Shown: positions 36,889 through 50,769 of the stretch, in pieces | How the letters are laid out: every line of letters begins with the position of its first letter | Position numbering within the stretch: the first letter of the stretch is position 1 | Origin: Mobula hypostoma | Taxonomy: Eukaryota | DNA: 64,000 bases | Assembly (NCBI RefSeq): GCF_963921235.1 | Contig: NC_086118.1 | Coordinates: 25,918,001-25,982,000, forward strand | Reading direction: 5' to 3' | The notes under the pieces: generated by a model | What the model saw: only the letters and a program-made list of their open reading frames with translations | What the model was told of the DNA's origin: nothing | Databases searched by the model: none | Made by a program: the position numbers and the translations under genes

Positions 36889-39800
36889 CCAGACCATAAG
36901 ACCATAAGGCATAGGAGCAGAATTAGGCCATTTAGCCCATCAAGTCTGCTCCACCATTGCATCATGGCTGATAGTGGATTCCACTCAACGCCATACACCT
37001 GCTTTCTCGTGACATCCTTTGATGCCCTGACCAATCAGGAAATGATCAACTTCTGCCTTAAATATATGCACGGACTTGGCCTCCACCGCAGTCTGTGACA
37101 GAGCATTCCACAGATTTACTACTCTCTGCTAAAAAAAGAAATCCTTTCTACCTCTGTTCTAAAGGGTCACCCCTTAATTTTGAGGGTGTGCCCTCTAGTT
37201 CTGGATGCCTCCACCATAGGAAACATCCTCTTCACATCCACCCTATCTAGTCCTTTCAACATTCAGTAGATTTCAACAGATCCCCACGCATTCTCCTAAA
37301 TTCCAGTGAGTACAGGCCCAAAGCTGCCAAACGCTCCTCATATGTTAACCCCTTTTTCCTGCAATCATCCTCATGAACTTCCTCTGTATTCTTTCCAATG
37401 ACAACACATCCTTTCTGAGATAGGGGGCCCAAATCTGTTGACAATACTCCAAGTGTGGCCTGACTAATATCTTATAAAGGCTCAGAATGATCTCTTTGCT
37501 TTTATATTCTATTCCCCTTGAGGTAAGTGCTAACATTGCATTTGCTTTCTTTATCACAGACTCAACCTGTAAATTAACCTTCTGGGAGTCTTGCATGAGG
37601 ACTCCTAAGTCTTTCTGCACCTCTGATGTTTGAACCTTCTCCCCATTTAAATAATAGTCTGCACTATTATCCCCTTTACCAAAATGCATTAACATATATT
37701 TCCCAATACTGTATTCCATCTGCCACATTTTCCCCATTCTTCCAATTTGTCTAAGTCCTGCTGCAATTGCATCGCTTCCTCTGCACTACCCATCTTCGTA
37801 TCTTCCACAGACTTTGCTACAAAGGCATCAATTCCATTATCCAAATAATTGACAAACAGCGTGAAAAATAGTGGTCCCAATACTGACTCCTGAGGAACAC
37901 CACTAATCAATGGCAGCACCAGAAAAGGACCCTTTTATTCCTACTCGTTGCCTCTTGCCTGTCAGCCATTCCACTATCCATGCCAGTATCTTTCCTGTAA
38001 TGCCATAGGATTTTGTTAAGCAGCTCGTGTGTGGCACCTTATCAAAAGACTTCTGAAAATCCAAGTAAATATCATCCACTGCGTTCCTTTGTCCACCCTA
38101 CTTGTTACTTCCTCGAAGATCTCTAACAAATTTGTCAGGCAACATTTCTCCGTACAGAAACCATGCAGGTTTTGACTTCTTTTATCATTAGAGTTCAAGT
38201 ACCTCGAAACCTCATCCTTATTAATAGACTCCAACACTTTCCCAACGACTGAGGTTAGCCTAACTGGCCCATAATTTCCCTTCTTTTGCTTTCCTCCCTT
38301 CTTAAAGAGTGGAGTGACATTTGCAATCTTCCAGTCCTGCAGGACCACGTCACAATCAAGTGATTCTTGAAAGATCAAGACCAACACATCTGTTATCTCT
38401 TCAGCAGCCTCTCTCAGGACTCTGGGATGAAGTCCGTCTGGCCCAGGTGACTTATCCACCTTCAGAACTTTGAATTTGCCTAGCACTTTTTCCTTTGCTA
38501 TAGCAATGGCACTCACTCCTACTCCCTGACACTCAAGGACCTCTAGCACACTGCTAATGTCTTCCACAGTGAAGACTAATGCAAAGTACCTAGAAAGTTC
38601 ATCTGCCATTTCTTTGTCCCCCACTACTACCTCACCAGCATCATTTTCCAGTGGTCCAATATCAATGCTCACCTCCCTTTTACTCTTTGTATAACAAAAA
38701 AACTTTTGGTATCCTGCTTCATATTATTGGCTAGTCTGCCCTGATACTTCATCTTTTCCCTTCTTGTAGCTTTTTTAGTTGCCTTTTGTTGGATTTTAAA
38801 AGCTCCCAATCATCCAACTTCCCACTCACCTTTGCTATCTTATATGTCCTTTCCTTGGCTTTTAAGTAGTCCTTAACTTCCTTTGTCAGCCACGGTTGCC
38901 TTCCCCTGCCATTTAATAACTTCTTCCTCTGTGGGACATATCTATCCTGCACCTTGAACTATTCTCAAAAACTTCAACTATCTCTGCTCTGCTGTTATTC
39001 CTGCCAGTATCTTCCTCCAATCAATTTGGGCAAGCTTCTCGCTCATTCTCTATAATTCCCTTTATTCCATTGCAATACTCACAACAATGTGAGTTATGCT
39101 TCTCCCTCTCAAGCTGCAGTATGAATTCAATCATATTATGATCACTGTCTCCAAAGGGTACCTTTACATTAAGCTCCCTAATAAGATCTGGGTTATTACA
39201 CAACACCCAATCTAAGACAGCTTTTCCCCAAGTAGACTCAAGCACAAGCTGCTCTAAAAAGCCATCTCATAGGCATTCAACAAATTCCCTCCCTTGTGAT
39301 ATGACACCAACCTGATGTTCCCAATCCCCTTGCATATCAAAGTCCCCCATAACAATTGTGTCATTACCTGTATTACATGCCTTTTCCAGCTTCCTTTACA
39401 ATCTCAAGCCCGCATCTTGGCTATCATTTGGAAGCCTATATATAATCCCCATAATGGCTATTTTTACCCTTGCAGTTCCTTAACTCCACATACATTCGAT
39501 ATTCTCTGTCCCTATGTCACCTCTTTCTAAAGATGTAATTCCATCTCTTACCGACAGAGCCACACCATCATCTATGCCTTCCTGCCTGTCATTTCGATAC
39601 AAAGTATATCCTTTGATGTTAAGCTCCCAACTATGGCCTCCTTTCAGCTACAACTCAGTGATGCCCACAACATCATACTGGACAATCTCTAATTGCGCCA
39701 TGAGTTTGTCCACCTTATTCCAAATGCTACGTGCATTTAAATACAGCAACTTCAGTCCTGCATTCTTTACCCTTTTGAATTTTGCCTCTGTGGTACAATT

Positions 39801-40010
39801 TAACTTTTTACTCTGTCTGCATTTGTACCCAATCATTGACTTGTTCTTCCTTACATTCATGTTACACCCATCATCTACTTGTAAACCTGCTGGCTCATCC
39901 TCAACTCTATCGTACTGGTTCCCATTCCCCTGCCATATTAGTTTAAGCTACTCCCAACATCTCTAGTAAACCTGCCCGCAAGAATATTGGTCCCCCTTGG
40001 ATTCAAGTGC
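36889..40010 (-). mobile_element. CR1 LINE, about 3.1 kb of frameshifted ORF2 (APE endonuclease and RT) with 3' tail
   Basis: LLYLNARSIWNKVDKL...VGITE; KVDKSPGPDGLHPRVLRE; SGVPQESVLGPLFF; VRPHLEYC; tail repeat (AGACCATA)n at about 36890. Confidence 0.92.
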
Positions 40011-40529
40011 ACCTTTTGTACAAGAGCTGAGAAGTGAAATTAGTGCATCTTGACATGGACCGAAGTGAGTTTATTCACTGTTGTTAGAAATACATTCATT
40101 CAGGTTGGGTAGAAGTGTTTGGGGAGCAGGAAATGAATCACTTGGTTCACAAAACCTGATACCTTCCTGTAACCACACACACTCATAAATGCCAAGATGT
40201 TGATGGTGGGGTGATTTAACAAATAATGCTGTTAGATGTCAAGGAAAGCCATACATGATACCTGTAAGCACATACTGTATGCTATTTGGCTCTCAGCAAC
40301 CCAACCACGAATTCTGTGCCGTCTTTCTGCATGGGTCAGAGAATTATTTCATATTCTGGACAGCTGTGAATGGAACATCATGCATACTTCTGCAAACCTC
40401 CTCATTTCCAGCCTTATGACAAAGTAAAGATCAATAATAAAGCCAGCAGTGATGCTTAGACCAAGGCGACAGCAGTCTACATCACTAAAGATTAAGGGTT
40501 CAGGATTTATTTAGATTTTATCCACATAC

Positions 40530-40662
40530 CTGGCGCTTTTCTTTCAGCTCTTAACATGACTGCATATTGATGTCCAATTGTACAGTAGGGCTTGGGGAAG
40601 GATAGGAGCCCTTTGCAAAATGTATATGTTTTTTCATAAAGATTATCAGGAATATATGCAGC
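40530..40662 (-). CDS. PIK3R6: PIK3R6 exon: AAYIPDNLYEKTYTFCKGLLSFPKPYCTIGHQYAVMLRAERKAP
   Basis: ttttccag/gtatgt boundaries, 133 nt, phase 0-1; lies within ORF 40507-40734. Confidence 0.93.
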
Positions 40663-42043
40663 CTGGAAAAGAAAGTTGTTTATGACAATGGGGTATTTCT
40701 TAACAAGCTTTGTAAGAAAACTTTTAGGCATCACTTCACTTCAAATAGCCAATGCAAAACAACTTAGTAAACTGTGGCAGTAAGAGGAACATGCATTCTT
40801 AAAACGCATTGTGGGCCACCTACAAGATTTGAGGCCCTGTCGCTGCAATATTCAACTGTGCAAAGTGGACAGAGGAACAGACAGGTTGCAGTAAACTGTC
40901 ATAAGTAGGTCAAAGGCAAGGTTTTCTGACAGAAAGAGCTGTCACAAGGCTTACATTCATTACTAATTATCCCCCAGCCCCAGAACCCATGACGTGGGAC
41001 CCTTGACAGCAGAACCAACCTGCTTCTGCCCGTACAGTGTGGGGCAGTGTGTACTGAAATGAAATTTATAGAAGTCCAACCAAACACTGCAAAAATCCAG
41101 GCATCTCCATGTGTGGTCATGCCAAAGACTGAAGAAAAACTTGCAGTAACTGTGACTGGTGCTTCTAGATTGCACTTAGCAATGGGTTTCCTAGAGTGTA
41201 TCAATCATTCATCTTACATCAACATTATAATATGGAATAGAAAACATACACCGCAGAGAAACCCAATGAGAAGGAAGCATTATATTGAAACTGAAATTAG
41301 CTTTTGACAATAATGTGGTTTGTACTATACATTGTACGGTTTGATTTTATCCTGTTTTTTTTAACACACTAAGAAGACCCATTCTTTTATTACTAGGAGT
41401 TATACAAATCTAACTTGGTGACCACTTTGCCTCCAATTCTCCCTTCCCCTTTCATCATGTCCACTGCCTCTCATAGCAGTGTCACCTTCAAAGTAACATT
41501 TTACTGTGCAATTTCCAATGGAAATTTGTACTTGGTGAGGAGAGCCAATGAAATAAAAACAGGGTATTACCTATATCCAAAAAATAATTGGATTAATAAG
41601 TAAATTCTAATTTGTGAAGTAGCTGAGTAAATAATATTTTAAAGAAGTGGGGCAACATGGTAATGTAACAGTTAGCACAACGGGTTACAATACTAGCAAT
41701 CCGGGTTCAGATCCCACTGCTGCTTGTAAGGCGTTCATATGTTCTCCCCTTGGGTTTCCTCCGGGTGCTCCAGTTTCCACCCACAGTCCAAAGACATACC
41801 AATTTGGTAGGTTAATTGGCTTTTGTAAATTGTCCCATGATTAGGCCAGGATTAAATCAGGGGATTACTGGGCAGCATGGCTCGAAGGGTTGGAAGGGCC
41901 TATTCCGCACTGCATCTCAATAACTAAGTAAATTTTGTGTAGCGTTATCCCTTACATTACTGCGAGATTGAAAGTCTCCATAGGAGAACTGCAGGGGTAA
42001 AAGATGGATAGTTTATTAAGGCAAGGACAGTGGAGGCACAAGC

Positions 42044-42100
42044 TATATATATATATATATATATATACATACACATACATACACACACACACACACACAC
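42044..42100. repeat. Compound (TA)n/(CA)n microsatellite
   Basis: Read directly from the sequence. Confidence 0.9.
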
Positions 42101-42189
42101 TTGCTAAATCCAAAATGTTATTAAGTCAACTATTTTATGCTTCTCTCAATCTGTACACAAATACTCACCACTGGTCTTTCTGTACCCAC

Positions 42190-42255
42190 CTGAATAATGG
42201 CATACATTAAAATGTTCAGTAAAGGTAAAATGTAGTGCTTATTGTTTTTCTTTGC
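42190..42255 (-). CDS. PIK3R6: PIK3R6 exon: AKKNNKHYILPLLNILMYAIIQ
   Basis: ctcttatag/gtgggt boundaries, 66 nt, phase 0-0; similar to HVIIPLLHTVMYVL. Confidence 0.9.
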
Positions 42256-43765
42256 CTATAAGAGAAAAAAAATCCAGTTACTTTAACTCAAGAATCAGTA
42301 CTTAAAAATCTTTTCAATAATACATTAAAGGCATCTCATCTTCATTCATTCAGAAGTTCACAGTGCTGCTGAGAATACCACTTGACTAAATCTAGCCTTG
42401 CACAATGGCTTAAGTCAGAGTTTAGACTATTAAACTGGCAAGCAGGCTTCACCCTCGATTTCTAATGGCAATTTTACGCCTTGTATCTCCTTTGACCAAT
42501 AAATATATATTATTGATATTAAATATAAATATAATTATTAAATATTTATAAATTAGGATGGCACGGTAGCACAGAGGTTAGCATAAAGCTATTCTATCAC
42601 CAGCAACATGGGTTCAATTCCACTGCTGTCTGTAAGGAGCTTGTACATTCTTGCCATGACTGCATGAGTTTCCTCTGGGTGCTCCAGTCTCCTCCCACAT
42701 TCTGAAGATGTACAGTTTGGTAGGTTTGTTGGTGACATGGGTGCAATTGGTCAGCAGGCCGGAAAGGCCTGTTACTGTACCGTATCTCTACAAAAGAAAA
42801 TTCATAATGTGGCCAAAACATTCACGGTTAATTTTTGCCAAATGTGTACAATATTTCTATTCTTGATTCTAAAACATGCTTCCTACTGCCATGGTCTTTA
42901 ATTAGAAGCCAAAATATATTGAGATTACTGTCGAAATTACACACTGATGAAATTACTGCTGAAGGCACACACTCAGCGATTCAGGAACAGCTTCTTCCCC
43001 TCTGCCATCAAATTTCTGATTGGACATTGAACCCATGAACACTACCTCACTTTTTTTTATATATTATTTCTGTTTTGCCACTATTTTTAATATAACTTTA
43101 ATATACACGTATACTGACTGTAGTTGAATTACTTATTTATTCTTTCTTTCTATATTATCATGTATTGCATTGAACTGCTGCTGCTAAGTTAACAAATTCA
43201 CGACACATACCAGTGATAATAAATCTGATTTTAATTCTGATTCTGATTCTGAAATCAATGGACAGGATTAGTCTCTAAAGCATTTTTACTTTCTTTTACA
43301 TTAGCTGCAAAACAGACTGCAGAAAACCTATGTTTTTAAAACTGGATCTATTGGTCACAGTACATTTGAATTCAAAGGAGAATTCCTATTCACAATATGA
43401 ACTGCAATGATTTCTGATCGAGGAGCATGTTCTTTTTGAACCACTGAAAACAATATGCTGTGACTTGAATTCATTGACAATGAGTATATGTGGTGTATGT
43501 GTGAGACAGTGCAGGCGCAGCTTGCCGTAGTAGAACAATTCATATCATGCATTACCAGGGGATTATCAATCTTCATGATCATTGACCATGAAGACTGAGG
43601 TAACTTATTTTTTATTCTTTCTTATTTCTCTTCTAATTATCGTATATTTGTATATCTGTGCACTTGTAATGCTACTGTGACACTATAATTTCCTTTGGGA
43701 TCAATAAAGTATCTATCTATCTATCTATCTATCTTTTACATGTTTTATTTTAAATAGTTTCTCAC

Positions 43766-43857
43766 CAGTTCCAGTTCACCAATGAGAATTTTAACCAGAA
43801 AATTGCTGCTGTATGGGTCTCGTTCAGTCTTCTTATGCAATGTCCACCTAAACATAC
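43766..43857 (-). CDS. PIK3R6: PIK3R6 exon: GMFRWTLHKKTERDPYSSNFLVKILIGELEL
   Basis: ttttacag/gtgaga boundaries, 92 nt, phase 1-0; similar to MWRWSLHKKVERDP. Confidence 0.93.
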
Positions 43858-46324
43858 CTGTAAAAAGAAAGGACTGTCATCATTCCAATAAATATTTCTG
43901 TATCTCAATTTCAGTCAATAAAAAGTTTTAAAAAACTATTCTAAAAAGAAGCAGAAATCAGCATAACAATTAGCTTCCCAGGAAAGTGTGAAACTTAGCT
44001 CATAGCTTCTCTCTGTAAAGGGAAAAAAAACGTTTTAACCACATAGCTGTAACTCATGATAAGTGGATTCTAATATCTAAGCTCATTCAACTGCAGCTTT
44101 TCAATTTTTACATGACATACACTAGTGTTAAGATAATTGCTTTCAATAAAATATAAATGCAATATGGTTTATAATGGGGTAAATAAAAAATGTTTAAAAT
44201 AAGTACAATATCCAAAAAAAAGATGTTTTTTGCTTTGTCTAAAATTTTGGTGATGATTTTACATTGATATTGAACCAGAATAATTGGAAAAAATATTCAT
44301 GTATAGTTGGTAATGTATCTACAACTTTATTGTACTTGGCTACGTGGATCATCAAAAGGGAATAAAAGAATGAAGATATTTGGGTGTAATTTAATTATGT
44401 ACTCATCCAGTATTTTATGCTGGGAACATTCCCTGTAAAGCACAATTACACTTGTCTCTACACATAACTATACAAAAAATTCAAATGTTAATTTGGTTCT
44501 GCGAGGAGCCAATTTTATTTCTACTACATGTGTTAAGTTGGGCAAATTAAGTAACTTGATGCTCCCAGGAGGTGCATACGGCCCAGTCCGATAGGGTTAA
44601 AGCCCTTCCTGCCATTGAATACATCTACACGGACCACTGTCACAGGAAAGTAGCATCCATCATCAAGGACCCACAGCACCCACGCCATGCTTACTTATCG
44701 CTGCTTCTATCAGGAAAAAGGAACAGGAGTCTCACAACCACACCACCAGATTCAGGAACAGTTATTAATCCTCACCCATCAAGCACTTGAACCAGTGGGG
44801 ATAACTTCACTCAATTTCACTTGTCCCATTACTGAACTGTTCCCACAACCTACGGATTCACATTCAAGGACTCTTCACCTCATGTTCTCAATATTTAATG
44901 TTTATTTATTTATTGATTTTTTTTTCTATTTGCACAGTTTGTTGTCTTTTGCACATTGGTTGTTTGTCCGTCCTGATGGCTGTGGTCTTTTATTGAATCG
45001 ACTATGTTTTTTGGATTTACTGAGAATGCCCACAAGAACACAAATCTCAGGGTTGTATATGGTGACGCGTATACTTCGGTTATAAATTTACTTTGAACGT
45101 CATTCACTGCGTCACCATTTTTAAAATTCGTAATGTCTTCCCTCCAATGGCTAATATATAAACAAACTTTGCACACTAAGTCTTTGCATGATCCTCGTCA
45201 CTTTTCCACTATGCTTCCCAACAACCTTTGTCCCTTTTAAAGGCTGTCCATTTAAAATTGCACCCAGCATTCCAACAAATGTCTTCATTAATATTTAATG
45301 ACTAAAGATGCCAAAGAGATTGGTGAATGTGTATCTTGATATAGGGAATTACAATTGTTTAAAGACTTTTTATTAGAGTTTGAAATAGATTTTATAAAAT
45401 TTTCTGATTTCAATTTTTGAATTTAATCCGAACTATTGTGATTAAATTGCCGCATTTAGAGTGAACTAGTACCTAAATTACTGCTGGCTGCAAATTGTAG
45501 TAAGTAATGAAAGATCAAAATAACTTGTTCTGGGGTGGACAATCTTTACTTCACCTTACAGTTACACTATTATGACAACCTACAATTCGATACGCATTTT
45601 CTCTCTCTCTCTATCTCGGCTACAAGCCAAGCCCTTTTAACACAAAGCTATCTTGGAGGCTCATCTGTTGATGATGCAGTGAGGCATAACTTCTGGCAAT
45701 AGGCTCAAAAGTTCAAATTAAATTTATTATCAAAGTACTTATATGTTGTGATAAACTACCCTGAAATTCATTTTGTTGCAGGTAATTACAGGAAAATAAA
45801 GAACTACAATGGAATTTATGAAAGACAACTATACATAAACAAAGAGTAACAAACCAATGTGCAAAAGAAGACAAATCATGCAAATAAAAGCAAGTAAGTA
45901 AATAATACTGAGAACTTGAGTTGTAGAGTCCTTGAAAGTGAGTCTATAGACAGCTCAGTATTGAGGTGAGTGAAGTTACCAACACTGGATCAGGTGCCTG
46001 ACAGTTGTAGGATAATAACTGGTCGTGAACCTGTTGGTGTGGATCCAAAGTCTCCTTTCTGTACCTTCTGCTCAATTGCAGCAGAGAGAATAGGTCATGG
46101 CCTGGATGGTGGGGGACTTGATGATGGATGCTGCTTTCTTGTGGCAGCCCTCCATGTAAATGCACTCAATGGTTGTGAGGACTTTGCCTCTGAAGGACTG
46201 GGTAGTATCTAGCACTTTTTGTTCCTGGTATTTGATGTTTCCATACCAAGCTGTGATGGATGGATAGTCTCCACTGAGCATCTATAGAAGTTTATCAAAG
46301 TTTTAGTTGAGATGCAGAATCTAT

Positions 46325-46840
46325 GCAAACTTCTGAAATGCCTGCTTCGCTGCCGCTGCTACTGTGTGGTCCGAAATCTCCGGAGCTTAAGGCCCTGAGT
46401 CCTCGGCTTTGCTTGTCGCTCGGTGGCTGGGGCAAGGTCGAAGCGCTCGGCAGAGGATGGTGCTCGGTGTCGGAGGGCTGGTCGGAGGCTCAGAGTCCGC
46501 TGCGGTCGGGTGCTTCCAATGGTGCTGGATCAGCAAGTTTGCGGCGCTTGGAGGTTCATGGCAGGGAGAGTTTCTCCCTTCTACCGTCTGCGTGAGATGA
46601 TGAGGCTTACCGGGACTTTGAGACTTTTTTTTTTACCGTGCCCATAGTCTGCTCTTTATCAAATTACGGTATTGGTTTGCACTGTTGTAACTATATGTTA
46701 TAATTATGTGGTTTTGTCAGTTTTAGTCTTGGTTTGTCCTGTGTTTCTTGTGATATCATTCTAGAGGAACATTGTATCAATTTCTAATGCATGCATTTCT
46801 AAATGACAATAAATAAGGACTGAGTGTCTTCATAATCTAA
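46325..46840 (+). mobile_element. Same non-autonomous retroelement, 5'-truncated copy 2, nested in a minus-strand LINE
   Basis: Aligns by eye to 12574-13090. Confidence 0.8.
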
Positions 46841-48958
46841 AAAAAAACTTCTAAGAAAGTAGAGGCGCTGCCATGCCTGCTTTCTACGAGTACTTATGCG
46901 CTGGTCTCAGGTCAGAATCTCTGATACGGTAATCCCAAGGATTTGAAAGCTATGAATCCTCTCCACCTGTAATCCGCTAATGAAGTCTGGCTCATGGACC
47001 TTCGTGTTCTTCCTTCTGTAGTCAATCATCAGCTCTTCTGTTTTGCTGACTTCGAGTGAGAGACTGTTTTTGTGGCACCATACTACCAGATTTTCAGTCT
47101 CCTTCCTAGGCTGAATCGTCAGCATCTTGGATCGTGTCGACTTCAGTGATGTCATTCGCAAACTTACATATGGCATTGGAGTTCTACTTGGTCACACAAT
47201 CACAGGTATAAAGCTAGTAGAGCAGTGTGCTAAGCACACAACCTGATGGTGAAGCTGTACTGATGGAGGAGATGTTGTTGCCAACCTGTACTGACTCAGT
47301 CAGCTTTCCCTCAGTGCTGTACCTATTTGGCTGAAGAGATCTTACTTTCATGGTAAACGCCTATTAGATATGAACAACTGAAACTGCAGCGTCCTTTTTG
47401 ATCTAGCACTGTTTTAACATTTTCCACTCATTTCCTTGAATTACATTCTGGAGATCAAACCTACTGATGTTTCAATAGTTGCACTTACACAGGGGTGTTT
47501 TTTCAATGCAGTTCAAGTGAAAGGCTGGATTTGAATGGAATTACATATCCACAATGGCGTTTTCAGGATCAGAATCAGAATCAGGTTTAATATCACCTGC
47601 ATAAGTTGTGACGTTGTTCTGCAGCAGCAGAACATTGCAATAAACAACAATAAAAACTAACAATTACAATAAGCGTATACAAAAATAAATTAGATGGGAA
47701 AATACAGATTTTAAACAAGCCAATCAGATATTAAAAGGAAATTCCCTCAGCATATGGTGAGGCTTCAAATAGCAGCTTCATTGATTACATAGCAGAAGCA
47801 CACTCGGTTGTTTAATTTTCAATGCAATAGTCCCTTCTCATGACTACTATGAATATCTTAACCTGTGGATTGTCAAGAAGTGCAGGGGGTCAAAGAAGAT
47901 ATTGTTAAACTTCAGCGAATAGACATATACCCCCTGCAATCCCCAAACCCTCTAAACTTAGAGCTTGTAAGGCTCTCGTTTTCTTGGGTATGTTATAAAA
48001 GTACACACATATTCAATTTCTGAATTTCTGGGGGGCAAACTGTCTTTACTATACAATTTCCTCTCTATGTGATGTTGGTACAATTCGCAGCTCTTCCTGG
48101 TGTCCTTTCAGATCAGTAATCCTGTTATATAACAGGTTAACAGGGAAATGGAAATATTTTGTAAAGTAAGTCTGAAATCAGAAGTGGAAAGGGTGAGCAA
48201 TTTCTACCTCCTGGGTGTTAACATCTCAGGATCTATCCTGATCCAACATATCGATGCAGTTGCAAAGAAGGCACAACAGTGGCTATATTTCATTAGGAGT
48301 TTGAGTAGAGTCGATATGTCACCAAAAACAATCGCAAATTTCTACAGATGCACAGTGGAGATCAATCTAACTGGCTGCATCACCATCTGGTATGGGGTGG
48401 GGGGCACTGTACAGGATCAAAGTAAGTTGCAGGAAGTTGTAAACTCACTCAGCTCCACCTAATGTCCTGGGCACTAGCCTCCCCAGCATCCAGGACATGA
48501 TCAAGGAGCAATTCCTCAAAAATGTGGCATCCATCATTAATGACCCTCATCACCCAATATGTGCCCTCTTCTCACTGCTACCATCAGGGAGGAGGCACAT
48601 GGTCCTGAAGGCACACACTCAACGATTCAGGAACAGCTTCTTCCCCTCTGCCATCAGATTTTTGAATGGACAACAAACCCATGAACACTACCTCACTACT
48701 TTTTTTCTTCTATTATGTATTGCAATGTACTGTTGCAGCAAAGTTAACAAATTTCATGACATATGTCAATCATATTAAACCTGATTCTGACTATAGAACT
48801 ACCATTCAAATCAGCTAGAATTTTTTGCCTTAAAAATTCCTTGTAGCAGTCATTTAAGCTTTCAACTGATGAATTAAGCTTTAATAACCACTATGTGAGA
48901 TGTTAACTTTGAAATAATTAACCATGACTTTAAGAATCAGATACCACAAACCCCCTAC

Positions 48959-49066
48959 CTCGACTGCACTGGAATGCTGGATGTTCCTGATCCAGTTCCC
49001 GTATTATTGCTTGCACGCTGCGCTGGATGTCAGCTTCAGTATTGGCTGCGATATTGGAGCTTCCAC
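48959..49066 (-). CDS. PIK3R6: PIK3R6 exon: GSSNIAANTEADIQRSVQAIIRELDQEHPAFQCSR
   Basis: catatag/gtaggg boundaries, 108 nt, phase 1-1; matches the PIK3R6 N-terminus (DLQRSVQAVLREL). Confidence 0.92.
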
Positions 49067-49820
49067 CTATATGAATTAAAACAGATGTCCTTGCAATATG
49101 TTGCATCTTTCAGAGTTTTAGTTGCCACGTAAATGTGTTCATACCAATAGAAAATGGTCAGAGATTACCCCAACTCTTTTCATTAAGTATCTGGAGCAGC
49201 AGGTAATGATTAGAAAATAGATTGGAAAAAATAAATAAGATATAGGTAATAGAAATAGGAATAGAAAGTAGATGAAGAGAATGAGAAACAATAACAATAC
49301 ATAATTTGCATTAATATAGTGTCTCTAAGATACTATGTCCTAATTCATTAAGAGTATTGTAAAATAAAGTTTTTTTAAATTCACTTCTTCATTAAGATTG
49401 AAGGACAAACATTGTTCTATCTATCACTCTGCTCCATTACTACCTTCTGTTTGGAGTCCAATGTAGGAGGCCAATCATGACAGTATTCCCCAGTGTTATC
49501 ATATTTATTATTTAGAAATATAGCATGGTAACAGCCCTTCCAATCCAATGAGTGCATTCAACCACAAACTCATTGTATTGTTATTGGACTGATATATAAA
49601 AGCAGAGCGCCTCTGAGGATTTGAGAGCTCTTGCTAACCATTTAATCAAAATTCAAGCAACGCACACAAAATGCTGGAAGAACTCAGCAGGCCAGGCAGC
49701 ATCTGTGGAAAAGAATACAGTCGATGTTTCCGGCCGAGACCCTTCAGCCGGTATGTGTTGCCTGGATTTCCAGCGTCTGCAGATTTTCTCTTGTTTATAA
49801 ATAAAATTCAGGTCACTTAC

Positions 49821-49890
49821 TTGTGCAACGTTCTTGCGATACCCTTGTCTCTCCTGCACAAACTTTCTCCCATACTGCCCCAGTGTTCAT
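49821..49890 (-). CDS. PIK3R6: PIK3R6 putative first coding exon (exon 49821-49904, ATG at 49890): MNTGAVWEKVCAGETRVSQERCT
   Basis: Acceptor ttatttgttacag and donor gtaagt. Ends in phase 1, matching the next exon, which lacks an ATG. No homology support. Confidence 0.6.
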
Positions 49891-50769
49891 CACTGGATTC
49901 TTCACTGTAACAAATAAGCTACATTGAAAATCATTTCATAAGTACAGCATCAGCAGAGAAAAAAATGAATGAACCTCCTCCTCTCTCTGAAAGACAAAAT
50001 CAAGCAGTGCTTTTAAACCTTATCTTTCAAATCTTCAGAAAAAAACAACTGGATAGAAGGAATCATCTTGCCTTCTTGTACCTAGCCTGGCTCTGAGAAA
50101 CAGTTCTCTGGCTCCTCTACTCCACAGTCCTTCAACTGTATTTCCCCCTGGAAGAATCAAATTTACTCTTGAAAGTTACCATTGAATCTGCAATATTGGT
50201 TCTCAGCAGAAGAGTGAGGATGTGAAGAGGAAATCGTACCGTTACTTTAACACTCAAAACTGTCAGCCCAGTACAAAGGCAAGGTTAGAGTTGGTGATTA
50301 ACTGCTCAGCTGCTCTATTATAGACACAGGTAGTGTCCAACAAAAAAGTAAGAGTTACTATGTCCTGGCATGATGAGATTTAAAATTAGTTCTGCTGCAG
50401 GGGCAAGGATTTTGATGGGCTACCCATAGAAGGTGGAAAATGGGTGCACCACAAAGTGCCAGGAAGTCTGCCAAAATATGCAATGTTGCCTAAAAAAAAT
50501 CCATCACACTAAATCTTGCTTAGGATTTTGTATGGAGCTTGTAATCTGTCTTTCCAGCTTGCAAGTAGAGGGTAACTTCATTAACACATTGTGAATCCAC
50601 TGTAACTGCTACCTTTGCTTCAATGCAGTACAAATGCATCCAATGTTTGAGAACCTGAGTGGGTCCATGGAGTACGGGTCAGCATTTTATGGCGGCACTG
50701 CGATTCAAAATGAGTCATCCATCCCAGACTTCTGCCACTCCTGTCAGGGAGGTGTCAGTCTAAATCTGG

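Larger units (their letters stand above)
1733..49904 (-). other. PIK3R6: PIK3R6 gene span (phosphoinositide 3-kinase regulatory subunit 6, p84/p87PIKAP); 15 coding exons in window, 3' end outside
   Basis: Spliced translation is colinear with mammalian PIK3R6 as I recall it (DIQRSVQA, MFRWTLHKK, LSTDSGI.RD, TARVIVIG.D..LGRLA.A, LGSVDPWY, DPFIVDV.SYYVRMG.QP). All exons have AG/GT boundaries and matching phases. Confidence 0.93.

Noticed and set aside
1733..49066. Assignment as PIK3R5 (p101)
   Set aside because: Motifs (QRSVQA, RWTLHKK, LSTDSGI.RD, YYVRMG.QP) match p84/PIK3R6, and the long acidic p101 insert is absent
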